Below are positions 28,729-39,906 of a stretch of DNA of 64,000 nt, piece after piece. The position numbers were made by a program, and so were the translations under genes. A model generated the notes under the pieces. It was not told the DNA's origin. It worked only from the letters and a program-made list of their open reading frames with translations, and ran no database searches. The DNA is from an uncultured Pseudobdellovibrionaceae bacterium (GTDB taxonomy: Bacteria > Bdellovibrionota > Bdellovibrionia > Bdellovibrionales > UBA1609), in NCBI GenBank assembly GCA_963803705.1, contig CAWDNU010000005.1, positions 1 through 64,000 of the forward strand, read 5' to 3'. Each line of letters begins with the position of its first letter. The stretch's first letter is position 1.

Positions 28729-29115
28729 ATGGAAGACTCGCAAAACTTAGTGCCAACTAAAATTATGCATCGATCGAGCACTGGCATATCTAGCGATATA
28801 TTTCTTAATGTAATAGATCTTAGTACAAAGCAGCGATTTATAAACGCTTTTAAATATTTGGGTCTGTGCTTAGCTGCTGGGGCAGTTTTTATCCTTGTGC
28901 CTGTTTTGCATTTTGTTTTAGTGCCCTCTACAGTATTTGCTGGTGGATTTCTTTTCTATCGTCAGCTATCGTTTAAACATTATCGACTTGAAAGTGAAGC
29001 GGCTTGTCCTAGTTGCGAAAGTCAGATCAAACTAAAGGCTAAACCATTCAACTGGCCAATGCATGAAAATTGCACCAGCTGTCGTTCACAACTTATCGCA
29101 GTACAACGATTTTAG
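28729..29115 (+). CDS. Membrane protein with zinc-ribbon-like C-terminus
   Basis: Two TM then CPSC...CTSC. Confidence 0.7.
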   Translation: MEDSQNLVPTKIMHRSSTGISSDIFLNVIDLSTKQRFINAFKYLGLCLAAGAVFILVPVLHFVLVPSTVFAGGFLFYRQLSFKHYRLESEAACPSCESQIKLKAKPFNWPMHENCTSCRSQLIAVQRF

Positions 29116-29221
29116 ATTAAACTTACTTCAAGATGCAGCACATGTTTAACTTAGCTTAACTTTAAACCTAATATTTTAGATCCAATGATCTGGATTGCAA
29201 TTTACCTCAAGAGAGAAGTCT

Positions 29222-29962
29222 ATGAAATTTTTTTTATTAGCTTTCCTACTTCTTCTTACTACTTCCCAAGCCTTGGCTATATTAAATGTTGAAAAATTGA
29301 GAAAAGAAAGCGGGGATGGACTGAACGGTTCATTAAATATGAACATATCTGGCCAGAAAGGTAACACTGACACCTCAACAACTAATATAAAGTCACTGAA
29401 CGCTTATTCTAAGAACTTTGATAAGTATTTAATACTACTTGATTACACTTACGGCGAAAATAACGGCGTGACTAATACGCACAGAGGAACCACCCACCTT
29501 AGGTACTCTTACATAAAAAATAAACTGCTTGTGCAAGAATTTTTTGTTCAGTCGGAATTTGATGACTTTAGAAATTTGGATTTCCGACAAGTTGCTGGGC
29601 TAGGGTTGCGAACTTCAATCAGCAAGCTTAATCAAGGTGAACTTTATATCGGTTACGGGGTGTTCTATGAATTTGAAAAGTACTCTTCGGCTAATGATGA
29701 GTCCCGCGTGCGACTTAATTCCTATCTAACCTACAATCAAACCTTAGCTGAAAACGTAGAGGCTGCAGTGATCTTATATGTTCAGCCAGATGTATCTGAT
29801 TTAGACGATTTAAGAGTGTCCTTTTCACCTAGTTTGAAAACACAAATTTCTAAAAAGCTATCCATGCTGTCTAGTGTGGATTATAGGCTGGACTCAAAGC
29901 CAGTTAACGATAATAAAAAGTACGATATTTCTTATAATATGGGTTTGATATTTGATTTCTAA
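29222..29962 (+). CDS. DUF481-like outer-membrane beta-barrel
   Basis: Signal peptide; GNTD, HLRY motifs; terminal Phe. Confidence 0.75.
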   Translation: MKFFLLAFLLLLTTSQALAILNVEKLRKESGDGLNGSLNMNISGQKGNTDTSTTNIKSLNAYSKNFDKYLILLDYTYGENNGVTNTHRGTTHLRYSYIKNKLLVQEFFVQSEFDDFRNLDFRQVAGLGLRTSISKLNQGELYIGYGVFYEFEKYSSANDESRVRLNSYLTYNQTLAENVEAAVILYVQPDVSDLDDLRVSFSPSLKTQISKKLSMLSSVDYRLDSKPVNDNKKYDISYNMGLIFDF

Positions 29963-30029
29963 CCTAAAGTAAGTTTACGTTAAGAATTCGGTATCAATAT
30001 CAATAATCACCTGTGCGAGCGAAAAGAGT

Positions 30030-31646
30030 ATGGAATCTATTGGTGTAAATCTAAACGAGTACAAAAGAGTGCCACTTCACGATAGCCATGTTGAGGCCTT
30101 AAGAAAGTCCGGCACCTAAGTGAATTATAAGGCTGGCGATGTCGTGGCAGGGATTGGTCAGCCGATGACAGATTTTATTTATATTTTGGAAGGCGAAATT
30201 GAGGTCATTGATCCGACCACTCGGCAGCGTTATTTGGCTAACATGCTTAAAGCCACTCAGTTTGCAGGCGAGGTGTCTTTCTTAAATGGAGGAGCCTACT
30301 CGATGCCCCTACGAGCAGTGCAAGACACTAAAACCCTAGTTGTTGGCAGGGATAAAATGTTGACTCTAATGGCTCAAATTCCTGAGATGAGCGATATTAT
30401 TCTCACAGTGTTTTCGGCTCGTCGTAGACGTCAAATTGAAACTGGGGATAGTGGCGTTGTTATAATAGGTGCAGAGGCCAGCCCTGATATTCATAAAATT
30501 GAAGTTTTCTTCACTCGAAATAAGTTGCCCTACAAATCCTTAAAGTTAAATTCGGATCACGCGATAAAATTGCGACACGCCTGCGGTATTAAAATCTCAA
30601 AGCCATGTGTTTTGCTTTTAGGAAAAAATATTGCAGTTGAAAACCCTACGACTTCAGTCTTGGCAAAGATTCTAGGTGTTGATCTTACAATAGACCCTAA
30701 ACAAATATTTGATACAGTTATAGTGGGCGCTGGTCCTGCTGGGGTTTCAGCGGCAGTGTACGCAGGTGCCGAAGGCTTGAAAGCATTAGTAATTGAAGAC
30801 ACTGCCATAGGTGGACAAGCGGGGACCTCGTTCCCGGATAGAAAACTATATGGGTTTTCCTACCGGAATCTCAGGAGCTGATTTAATCTGGCGAGGCGAG
30901 ATTCAAGCTATGAAATTTGGCACGCAGTTCATGATGCCCAGAAGGGTACCGGCTTAAGCCAATCTGTAGATGGTTATTTTCGCTTAGCTTTAAACGACGA
31001 AGTCGAAGTGTCAGCAAAGTCGATCATAATTTCAACAGGTGTCCAGTATAGGCGTTTGCCTATCGAAAGGCTAAGCGACTTCGAAGGTGCCGGTATTTAC
31101 TATGCTGCAACGGAAACAGAGTCACGACTTTGTAAGGATCAAGATGTAATAATTGTTGGTGGAGGCAATTCTGCAGGACAAGCAGCTATGTACCTTTGCC
31201 GCGGCGCCAGGCATGTGCACATATTAATCAGGGGATCGTCTCTTGCAAGTTCGATGTCTGATTATTTGCTAAGTCGGATTGAAGCCGAGCAAAAAATATC
31301 CATCCACTTTAATACTGAAATAGATCAACTAGTTGGCGACAAACATTTAGAACAAGTTATTTTGAAAAATAAAAAAGACTCTTTTGCTATAAAGAGTGCT
31401 GCCGTATTCGTGATGGTGGGTGCAGCCCCAAATACAAAGTGGATTTCTGAAATGGTAAATTTGGATGAAAAAGGTTTTGTTCTAACGGGTAAATCTGCAG
31501 ATAAAGATTCCTCATTCGAAACCTCGTGTGCAGGTATATTTGCGGTTGGTGATGTCAGGTCAGGATCTGTCAAACGAGTGGCCTCGGCCGTTGGTGAAGG
31601 ATCTGTTGTAGTTTCAGAGGTTTGGCAGTATCTAAATTCTTATTAA
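30030..31646 (+). pseudogene. cNMP-binding-domain thioredoxin reductase-like oxidoreductase, interrupted
   Basis: ATG 30030, in-frame TAA 30117, frameshifts near 30830 and 30948; GAGPAG, GGQAGTS-RIENYMGFP, GGGNSAGQAA, GDVRSGSVKRVASAVGEG. Confidence 0.8.
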
Positions 31647-32104
31647 AAATTAACTTAAATTTAGTTATTTTATGAGCTAGATTAGCAATAAATTTTGATT
31701 GCTAAGAAGAATTGAACATTTTGCGAGTAGTCTAGGCCAACACTAACTATCATAAGTATTGGCTTGAGCTTTTCAGAGTCACTGGATCAAACCTGTTGTT
31801 TATAATCCAAAAGCTAAATTCTAAAATCCTATATGTAACAATAAGTCTCTAAAGATTTGGATTTTCATCTTCTGAAGATTTTCGACAAATCTAAACAGAA
31901 GTGAGTAATTTATGATTTTAGATTTACTGAATTCCAGTAGGTTTAGGGGCAAACGGCATCACTTATTTAAAAAAGAAAACATGTTTTGAAGACGAGAACA
32001 CGATTATTTTACTGGATGAGCCCTAGTGAAAATGCTGAAATACATTATAAGTACGCGAGAACAGTTACTTTGGTAACTAGTAATAGTTCGCAAACCTTGA
32101 CTTA

Positions 32105-32192
32105 TGGTGCGCCGGAATGGACTTGAACCATCATGCCCTTTCGAGGCGCCAGCCCCTCAAGCTGGTGCGTCTACCAATTCCGCCACCGGCGC
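32105..32192 (-). tRNA. tRNA-Leu (anticodon GAG)
   Basis: GCGCCGG acceptor; CCAGC-TTGAGGG-GCTGG; long variable arm; GTTCAAG; CCA. Confidence 0.96.
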
Positions 32193-32300
32193 AGATATGG
32201 TTTGATATTCGATCTCAAAAGTTAGCATAATTTCTTTTACTGTCAATTCAACGTTTTTGAATGTGACAAATGCTGCAAATTTGATGTAGACCTGCAGTTT

Positions 32301-33320
32301 ATGACCACAAAGTCTGATCTGATGTATGATTTCCCTGAAAATCTAATAGCGAAAACTCCTAGCTATCCACCAAGAGTTATTTATAAATCGTACAATCAGA
32401 AAGCTAAAGAAATATCTTTTTCTGAAATTACTGATTTATTTAGATCTAATGATCTATTGCTGATCAATAAAACGAAAGTTTTACCTAGACGAATTTTTTT
32501 GAAGAATTTTGATATTTTATTTCTAGAATCTTCAAACGAAAAATTATGGACAGTTTTATTTCCTGCTAGAAAGTTTAAGATCGATGATATTATTAAATTA
32601 CCAGAGGGCATTGAACTTAAACTTCTTTCTAAAGGGCGGCCTCAACTAGTTTTATCTAACAAATCTCTAAACGAAAATTATTTCAAAAAGTATGCTCATT
32701 TTGCACTTCCTCCGTATATTCAAAATGCCAGGGGAATGTCTTTGCCTATGGATGAAGACCAATCTTGGTACCAAACCTGCTGGGCAAAAGTTCCTGGTAG
32801 TTTAGCAGCACCTACTGCGAGTCTACATTTTAAAGAGTCAGACTTAACTATTTTTAAATCGAAAATTGAAGTGGCAGAGCTTACCTTGCATGTCGGATTA
32901 GGTACATTTTTGCCTGTAGGAACAGAAAACTTATCTGAACATAAGATGCACCATGAATATGTAGAGATCGAAAAGGTAACAATTGCTAAAATAAAAAAGT
33001 GTAAAGCACTCGGTGGAAGAATCTGGACCCTTGGAACCACAAGTTTACGTTCTGTTGAGGCATGGTCACGGGGCCACCTAGAAGAATTCGAGGATAAGTT
33101 TGCTGGTCAGACAGATCTGTTTTTAAAGCCTGGTGATAACTTCAATATTGCTAGTGGACTTTTAACAAATTTTCATCAACCAGGATCAACCCTAATTGCA
33201 TTGGTTTCTGCATTTTCAAGCTTGCAAGAAGTTAAAACTACTTACCAGTACGCGATAAATAAGCAGTTTAGGCTATTTTCTTATGGTGACCTTAGTGTTT
33301 GGACAAGGCCAATCACTTAA
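32301..33320 (+). CDS. queA: SAM:tRNA ribosyltransferase-isomerase
   Basis: LPPYI, YQT, GSLAAPTASLHF, LHVGLGTF, TNFHQP, LFSYGD. Confidence 0.93.
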   Translation: MTTKSDLMYDFPENLIAKTPSYPPRVIYKSYNQKAKEISFSEITDLFRSNDLLLINKTKVLPRRIFLKNFDILFLESSNEKLWTVLFPARKFKIDDIIKLPEGIELKLLSKGRPQLVLSNKSLNENYFKKYAHFALPPYIQNARGMSLPMDEDQSWYQTCWAKVPGSLAAPTASLHFKESDLTIFKSKIEVAELTLHVGLGTFLPVGTENLSEHKMHHEYVEIEKVTIAKIKKCKALGGRIWTLGTTSLRSVEAWSRGHLEEFEDKFAGQTDLFLKPGDNFNIASGLLTNFHQPGSTLIALVSAFSSLQEVKTTYQYAINKQFRLFSYGDLSVWTRPIT

Positions 33321-33433
33321 GCTATATATTTTTAAGGGGCTTCTAAATTGCTGAACGTATTTTTAATGAAGACCTTTAAGTTTTAATAGTCGTTTACGTA
33401 AAACTGTAAAATTACGGTTCTAGAAGGGACAAA

Positions 33434-33835
33434 ATGTTGAAATATATATGCTTAGTAACAAGTTTCTTATCCGCAGCCGCTTTCGCCAATTGTAGTGTAG
33501 GCGGGGTGGACGTCTTCGATAAACCAAATATTTTTCAGAATGCTATATCTAAGTCAGAAAGCTGTATAGAAGCAAAGACCTTAGCAGAATCCTGCGCCTA
33601 TTGATCAAGTGTTGATACGTTTACTGCTGGCCAAGCTTATGCTGTTTGCGAAATTGAGTTTTACTCTTCTAACCCTGGTAATGCTGATCAAGTTAGTTTG
33701 ATGTTACTAGAAAAAGCTTGCAAGCAAAAATACGGTCATCTTAAAGGGACGATGTATCGGTCCATGCATGCTTACTGCAGACTAGATGCTGTTCATTCTG
33801 CGATTCTAACAACATTAGCTGATAGAGCAGGCTGA
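33434..33835 (+). pseudogene. Secreted Cys-rich protein with in-frame TGA (absent from ORF track)
   Basis: Hand translation MLKYICLVTSFLSAAAFANC...SCAY*SSVD...CKQKYGHLKGTMYRSMHAYC; TGA at 33602. Confidence 0.65.
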
Positions 33836-33888
33836 TAATGTGCAAAATTACATGGACATAAAATTACTAATAAGCATAAATACAGTTT

Positions 33889-35019
33889 ATGAGTCTTGAA
33901 AAATCATCCTCACACAATTTCACACTCGAAGGCCAAAGTGATGAAGCAAGAGCTGCCACTTTAACAACGGCGCACGGTAAAATACAGACACCTGTATTCA
34001 TGCCTGTGGGGACAAAAGCCACAGTAAAAAGTTTGACTCCAGATGAAATTCGGTCGGTAGGTTCTCAAGTTATTTTGGGTAACACTTACCACCTACATCT
34101 TAGACCTAACGAAAAACTGATTGCTCGAATGGGCGGGCTTCATCAATTTATGAACTGGCACGGGCCAATTTTAACAGATAGTGGCGGCTTTCAGGTTTTC
34201 TCATTAGCTAAGCTTCGTAAGATAACTGATGACGGGGTAGAATTTAGAAGTCACCTGGACGGATCAAAGCTTTTCATTTCTCCTGAAAAGAGTATGGAGA
34301 TCCAGATGGATCTAGGTTCAGATATTATCATGGCGTTTGACGAATGCCCGCCATATCCATGCAGTGATAAAGAGCTTTATTCAGCACTTGATAAAACAAT
34401 CAGGTGGCTTGAGCGCTGCCACAAACATATGCAAAGAAAAGAAAGCCAGCTATTTGGAATTATCCAAGGCGGTTTAGATTTAAAAGCTAGAAAGGTAAGT
34501 CTAGAGCAAGTTACGTCTATTGATCTTCCAGGTTACGCGCTGGGTGGGTTCAGCGTTGGTGAACCTATTCACCTAATGCATGAACTTCTACCTGAAATTG
34601 CGCCTTTGATGCCAAAAGATAAACCAAGGTATTTAATGGGGGTAGGCAAACCAGAGGATCTTTTAATTGCAATTAATAGCGGAGTAGATATGTTTGACTG
34701 TGTTATGCCCACAAGAGTTGCAAGAAACGGGACCCTTTTCACCTGGAACGGGCAGATGAGTATTAAGCGTAAAGAGTTTGCTGAGGACCCACGGCCTATT
34801 GATGAAAGTTGTGAGTGCTACACTTGTAGAAATTTTACCAGATCCTACTTAAGGCACCTTTTTTCTGCTGGAGAGCTACTATCCGCAAGATTAAATACAA
34901 TCCACAACTTGCATTTTTACCATCAGTTAATGGCAGCATCCAGAGCCGCAATTTTAAAAAGCACTTGGTCTAATTTCTTTTCCACAACTTTAACGCGCTT
35001 GATTACTAAAGCTCATTAG
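33889..35019 (+). CDS. tgt: Queuine tRNA-ribosyltransferase
   Basis: TPVFMPVGT, TDSGGFQV, DMFDCVMPTR, CECYTC. Confidence 0.97.
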   Translation: MSLEKSSSHNFTLEGQSDEARAATLTTAHGKIQTPVFMPVGTKATVKSLTPDEIRSVGSQVILGNTYHLHLRPNEKLIARMGGLHQFMNWHGPILTDSGGFQVFSLAKLRKITDDGVEFRSHLDGSKLFISPEKSMEIQMDLGSDIIMAFDECPPYPCSDKELYSALDKTIRWLERCHKHMQRKESQLFGIIQGGLDLKARKVSLEQVTSIDLPGYALGGFSVGEPIHLMHELLPEIAPLMPKDKPRYLMGVGKPEDLLIAINSGVDMFDCVMPTRVARNGTLFTWNGQMSIKRKEFAEDPRPIDESCECYTCRNFTRSYLRHLFSAGELLSARLNTIHNLHFYHQLMAASRAAILKSTWSNFFSTTLTRLITKAH

Positions 35020-35160
35020 TTTCAGTTGCCCTATTCAAATCTATATTTTCAATCTATATAAACCTGTAAAGCTAATAGACTTTCAGTCTTATTGATTGAA
35101 AACAAGGCACTTTGGTAAATTTAAATCCTAACTATGAATCAAGACACCAGGAGTTTTTGA

Positions 35161-35487
35161 ATGTTTAATTTAATTAATTTTGCTTACGCACAGTCAGAAG
35201 CAGCATCTAGTGTGGCAAAGCCTTCGTTGTTGGAATCTATGTTTCCGTTTCTAATTGTTTTTGCAATTTTCTTTTTTTTAGTAATACGTCCCCAAACAAA
35301 AAAATCAAAAGAGCACACGGGATTTGTTGCCAATTTGAAAAAAGGAGATAAAATTTTAACTTCAAGTGGAATCTATGGGACAGTCGAAGGCATAACTGAA
35401 AAGTTTGCTGACATAAGTATAGCAGAAGACGTTAGAATTAAAATTTTAAAATCTCAAGTTGCTGGTTACGTTAAAGAGGTAGAATAA
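35161..35487 (+). CDS. yajC: Preprotein translocase YajC
   Basis: IRPQ, LKKGDKILTSSGIYG; tgt-yajC-secD-secF order. Confidence 0.95.
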   Translation: MFNLINFAYAQSEAASSVAKPSLLESMFPFLIVFAIFFFLVIRPQTKKSKEHTGFVANLKKGDKILTSSGIYGTVEGITEKFADISIAEDVRIKILKSQVAGYVKEVE

Positions 35488-37197
35488 ATGTTTCAAAATA
35501 CAAAAATACGATGGACGATTATATTAGGAATTTTAGCACTTTCTGTGTTTTGGTTGACACCTAATTTTATGAATACCAAGGAATCTTCTTTTTTGCCCGA
35601 AAGTAAAATTGTAAAAGGCTTAGACATTCAAGGTGGAATACACCTGGTTTTAGGCGTGGACATTGACTCTTATATGAAAGATAAAATGGGCCGTTTAGCT
35701 AAAACTTTTAAAGAAGATTTACCCAAAGATAAAGTTAATTTCACTAGTATTGAAACAGCTATGCAGCCCAGACCTTCGTTCACAATCTCAGTACCTCAGC
35801 CTTCGGACTTAAAAAAACTTACAGACTATATCGACAAGAACTATTCTGCTACTTTTCAAGCTTTAGAAGTTTCCGACAAAAGTGTTCAGTTTAGCTATTA
35901 CGAAAATGTTGAACAAGATTTGAAAACACAAGTTGTAAAGCAGGCCATTGAAGTTATACGTAATCGAATAGACAGCTACGGTACACTAGAGCCAAACATC
36001 GCGACCCAGGGCAAAGATCGAATTTTAGTTCAACTACCCGGTATAGAAGATTCGCAGAAAGCAAAAGAGCTTATTAACACCACTGCAAAGCTAGAATTTA
36101 TGATTGTCGATGATACGTTTGAGGCCGCAAAGCTTCAAGCTTTAGTCGATGAGGCAGAAAAAAATGGTAACTATACATTAGGCGCCACCGAAGAAAATGG
36201 ACTTGAGTATTCTGACTATGTTCGTCGCATAAACAAAGACCTTGAAGCTGCATTACCCAAAGATAGAGAAGTTGTTTTCCAAAAGCCTGATGCTGTGGAT
36301 TCAATGACTCAAAGTCGGCTTCCTCTTTTAGTTAAAACTGATGAAATTGTAACCGGTGGAATGGTTGAAGAGGCTTATGTAGCACGCGATCCGCAATCGG
36401 GTCGACCAGAAGTGGCTTTTCAAATGAGTGTAGATGGTCGAAAGCCTTTCGGAGAATTAACGGGCAAAAATGTCAAAAAACGCATGGCCATAGTTTTAGA
36501 TAAAGTTATGAAGACAGCCCCGAACTTGCAGTCTAAAATTACAGATTCTGGCCGTATCACTTTGGGCAGTACTGATTATCAGCAGATGTTTGATGAGGCC
36601 GAGTTTATCTCTAGAACTCTAAGAGCTGGGGCTTTACCTGCATCACTTCAACAGTTAGAAGAGCGAACCGTAGGCCCCACTTTGGGTGCTGATTCAATTA
36701 AGAAGGGGGAACTGGCTGGTGTAGTGGGCTCTGTTCTTGTTGTTTTATTTATGATTGCTTTTTATGGGTTGATCGGAGTGATTGCAAGTCTTGCACTTGG
36801 ATTCAACGTCCTACTTATTCTTTCAGTATTATCTACATTAGGGGCTACTTTAACCTTACCCGGTATTGCTGGTATTGTGCTGACAGTCGGGATGGCCGTG
36901 GACGCAAATATTATTATTTTTGAACGCATCAAAGAAGAACTTAGAAAAGGCACTGGTTTGAAACCAGCGATTAAAGATGGTTTCGGCAATGCACTTTCGG
37001 CTATCGTAGATTCAAATATTACCACTGCGATTGTTTGTATTATGCTGATGCAATTTGGAACTGGCCCCATAAAAGGTTTTGCAGTGACGCTAATAATTGG
37101 TGTGGTAACTTCTATGTTTACAGCTATTTTCTTTTCGAGAAGTTTAGTCGATTTGATAACTCAGAAATTTAAAGTAAAAAAAATTATTAGATGTTAA
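35488..37197 (+). CDS. secD: Protein translocase SecD
   Basis: GLDIQGG, VGPTLG, GMAVDANIIIFERIKEE. Confidence 0.96.
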   Translation: MFQNTKIRWTIILGILALSVFWLTPNFMNTKESSFLPESKIVKGLDIQGGIHLVLGVDIDSYMKDKMGRLAKTFKEDLPKDKVNFTSIETAMQPRPSFTISVPQPSDLKKLTDYIDKNYSATFQALEVSDKSVQFSYYENVEQDLKTQVVKQAIEVIRNRIDSYGTLEPNIATQGKDRILVQLPGIEDSQKAKELINTTAKLEFMIVDDTFEAAKLQALVDEAEKNGNYTLGATEENGLEYSDYVRRINKDLEAALPKDREVVFQKPDAVDSMTQSRLPLLVKTDEIVTGGMVEEAYVARDPQSGRPEVAFQMSVDGRKPFGELTGKNVKKRMAIVLDKVMKTAPNLQSKITDSGRITLGSTDYQQMFDEAEFISRTLRAGALPASLQQLEERTVGPTLGADSIKKGELAGVVGSVLVVLFMIAFYGLIGVIASLALGFNVLLILSVLSTLGATLTLPGIAGIVLTVGMAVDANIIIFERIKEELRKGTGLKPAIKDGFGNALSAIVDSNITTAIVCIMLMQFGTGPIKGFAVTLIIGVVTSMFTAIFFSRSLVDLITQKFKVKKIIRC

Positions 37198-37232
37198 GTT
37201 AAAATAAATTAAGTTTTGTTAAGGAACTCATT

Positions 37233-38168
37233 ATGAATTTAAAAATAATATCCAAAGATCCTCAGTACGGAAAAATTGATTTCATGAGCAAATGGCCTAT
37301 TTTCTGCGGGCTTTCGATGTTTGCTGTGATCGCCTCTATAGCCTTGTTTGCCACAAAGGGATTTAATTACGGCATTGACTTCGCCGGTGGAACAGAGGTC
37401 CAGGTAAAATTTGAAAGTAAGGTTGAAGCAAAAACCTTGAGAAAGTTTACTGATGACTTGGGATTTTCATCTTCTTCAGTGCAATCTTTCGGCGAAGACA
37501 ATGAATTTTTAATTCGTACGGAATCTAAAGGCAGTAACGTTGATGAAATAAACAAGATGGCAGAACAAACTGCACGTGCTATTTCAGCAGGTCTACTTAC
37601 AAACTTTGCTGAGATGAAACCAGAAATTCGTAGGGTGGACACAGTTGGGCCGCAAGTCGGTGATGAATTAAAAAGAAATGGTATTTTAGCCGCATTTTAC
37701 AGTTTGATTGCAATTTTACTGTATGTTTCACTTCGGTTCGATTATAAATTTGCTCCAGGCGCCGTGCTCTGTCTGTTTCATGACGCTATTTTAACCTTAG
37801 GGATATTTTCTCTTCTAGGTAAAGAGGTTAACGTGCAAACAATGGCCGCTATTTTAACTATTATCGGCTACTCTTTAAACGACACTATTATAAATTTTGA
37901 TAGGGTTAGAGAAAATTTGACTATTTTCAAAAAGAAACCACTAGCCATGGTTATAAACCGCTCTGTTAATGATGTGATTTCAAGAACTATGCTAACTTCT
38001 TTCACAACAATGATTGCTGTTATTGCTATGTATATCTTGGCCGGTGGTGTAATTCGGGATTTAGCGTTTACTTTAGGTATTGGAATCATCATCGGTACTT
38101 ATTCCACCATGTACGTAGCTTCACCTTTAGTTTTGCTATTTGATAAAGCCGAGCCACAAAAAGCTTAA
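37233..38168 (+). CDS. secF: Protein translocase SecF
   Basis: GIDFAGG, VGPQVG, GYSLNDT. Confidence 0.96.
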   Translation: MNLKIISKDPQYGKIDFMSKWPIFCGLSMFAVIASIALFATKGFNYGIDFAGGTEVQVKFESKVEAKTLRKFTDDLGFSSSSVQSFGEDNEFLIRTESKGSNVDEINKMAEQTARAISAGLLTNFAEMKPEIRRVDTVGPQVGDELKRNGILAAFYSLIAILLYVSLRFDYKFAPGAVLCLFHDAILTLGIFSLLGKEVNVQTMAAILTIIGYSLNDTIINFDRVRENLTIFKKKPLAMVINRSVNDVISRTMLTSFTTMIAVIAMYILAGGVIRDLAFTLGIGIIIGTYSTMYVASPLVLLFDKAEPQKA

Positions 38169-38184
38169 ATGAAGTTTTTACTTA

Positions 38185-39906
38185 ATGGAAACTGAACAGC
38201 TAAAAAATCTATATAAAAATGTTCCCGAAAGCTTAGTCCGTTTATTAAGGTCACGAGGTCACCTTGAGTCTGAAGCTTGGGACATCTTGTTTCGCCCCTC
38301 ATTAGCAAATTTAAAATCACCTTTTCAATTAGACTCTATGGATGTTTTAGTGAATCGATTGCTGTTAGCTCATCAAAAACAGCACGGCGTTCTTATTTAC
38401 GGTGATTTTGACTTGGACGGATCATCGGGAGCCGCTATTCTTTATTGCGGACTCAAAAGCTTGGGTTATGAAAAGTTGTTTGTAGTTCAGCCTAAAAGGT
38501 TAAGCGACGGGTATGGAGTGCATTCAGCAATTTTAGAAAGGTATGTCGGTAAAGTTCAAGTAGTGCTGACCGTTGATGTTGGTATAACTGCAATGGATGC
38601 TACAGATTACGCTAACCAAAATGGAATAGACGTCTTAATAACTGACCATCATTTGCCTAAGGGTGAGCTGCCAAAAGCCATGGCTATCGTTAACCCAAAC
38701 AAAGGCTTTTGTAACAGTGGTTTAAACCATCTGTGTGGTGCAGGCGTGGGTTACTATGTTTTTTTAGCTGTATGGATGAAAATGAAAGAACTTGTTTTAC
38801 AAGATCCAAAGTTATTTTCTGAAATACAAAAAAACAAAATCGCAGCTATCGATCCAAAAAGTTTGCTAGATTTATTTGTGATTGGCACAATAACGGATCT
38901 GGTACCATTAGTTGATGAAAACAGAGTTTTAGTTAAGCACGGCTTCAAAATCTTAGAGCGAACTAAACGCCCAGGATTAAGGGCGCTAATGCAAAAGCTA
39001 GGACTTTTAGGCAAAAAGCTTGGAGCGCAAGACATTGGGTTTCGATTAGCACCTAAATTAAATTCATTAAGCCGGATGGATAAAGGACTTTTGCCGCTAG
39101 ATGTTTTTTTATGCGAAGACGAACTTTCTGCAACTCGAATGGTTGATCAGATTATGAGCTTAAACAGCGACCGGCTGAGCTTTCAAAAAAAGGCAGAAGC
39201 GTTTGCTATTAGTAAAGCATTTGACTCGGAAGAGCCGTACTGCCTAGTCTTTGATGAAAGCTTACATAAAGGTGTGGTTGGGTTAGTAGCCACAAAGCTT
39301 GCCCAAACCTACCATAAGCCCTCGTTTGTTGGTGAATTGAAAGACGAAAAAATTTCTGGAAGTGCAAGACTGCCAGACCATTCAGTTCTAAATTTAGTCG
39401 ATATTATGTCAGAGTGTCCTTCATTAAAAGCTTATGGCGGGCATGCCCAAGCGGCTGGGTTTGAAGTTGAACTTGAAAAAGCTATTGATTTCGAAAACGA
39501 GCTTAAAAATTACTTTTTAAACCATCAAGCTGAAATCGAAAGTAATTCCATAGAACGCGATTATAAATATGATCTAGAGTTAAAAGTTTTTGAGTTGGAT
39601 ATGAACTTAATCTCCTGGATCGAAAAGCTTGAGCCCTTTGGCATTGGCTTTGAACACCCTGTCTTTAAGCTGGCAAATGTCGAAATTTTAGAACACAAAG
39701 CACTAAATGGCGGACATCTTAAATTTAAGATCAAACAAGACAGCAATTTTTTGGATTGTATTTGGTTTAAACACACCCTTACAGAAGCAAGCTTAGACCA
39801 ATTTTTAACATCTAAGGTAAATCTCTACGGTCAAATTGAAATTAATGAGTATTTGGGTCAAAAAAAATTGCAATTTATGGTGCATAATCTTACAACATTT
39901 TCTTAA
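38185..39906 (+). CDS. recJ: ssDNA exonuclease RecJ
   Basis: YGDFDLDG, TVDVG, TDHH, GGHAQAAG, LEPFG. Confidence 0.93.
   Translation: METEQLKNLYKNVPESLVRLLRSRGHLESEAWDILFRPSLANLKSPFQLDSMDVLVNRLLLAHQKQHGVLIYGDFDLDGSSGAAILYCGLKSLGYEKLFVVQPKRLSDGYGVHSAILERYVGKVQVVLTVDVGITAMDATDYANQNGIDVLITDHHLPKGELPKAMAIVNPNKGFCNSGLNHLCGAGVGYYVFLAVWMKMKELVLQDPKLFSEIQKNKIAAIDPKSLLDLFVIGTITDLVPLVDENRVLVKHGFKILERTKRPGLRALMQKLGLLGKKLGAQDIGFRLAPKLNSLSRMDKGLLPLDVFLCEDELSATRMVDQIMSLNSDRLSFQKKAEAFAISKAFDSEEPYCLVFDESLHKGVVGLVATKLAQTYHKPSFVGELKDEKISGSARLPDHSVLNLVDIMSECPSLKAYGGHAQAAGFEVELEKAIDFENELKNYFLNHQAEIESNSIERDYKYDLELKVFELDMNLISWIEKLEPFGIGFEHPVFKLANVEILEHKALNGGHLKFKIKQDSNFLDCIWFKHTLTEASLDQFLTSKVNLYGQIEINEYLGQKKLQFMVHNLTTFS

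Noticed and set aside
27860..32104. Island bounded by a tRNA-Leu 3' duplication
   Set aside because: No copy of TGGTGCGCCGG seen by eye and no integrase
33602..33604. Genome-wide TGA recoding
   Set aside because: TGA ends conserved genes at expected positions (e.g. speE, grxB)
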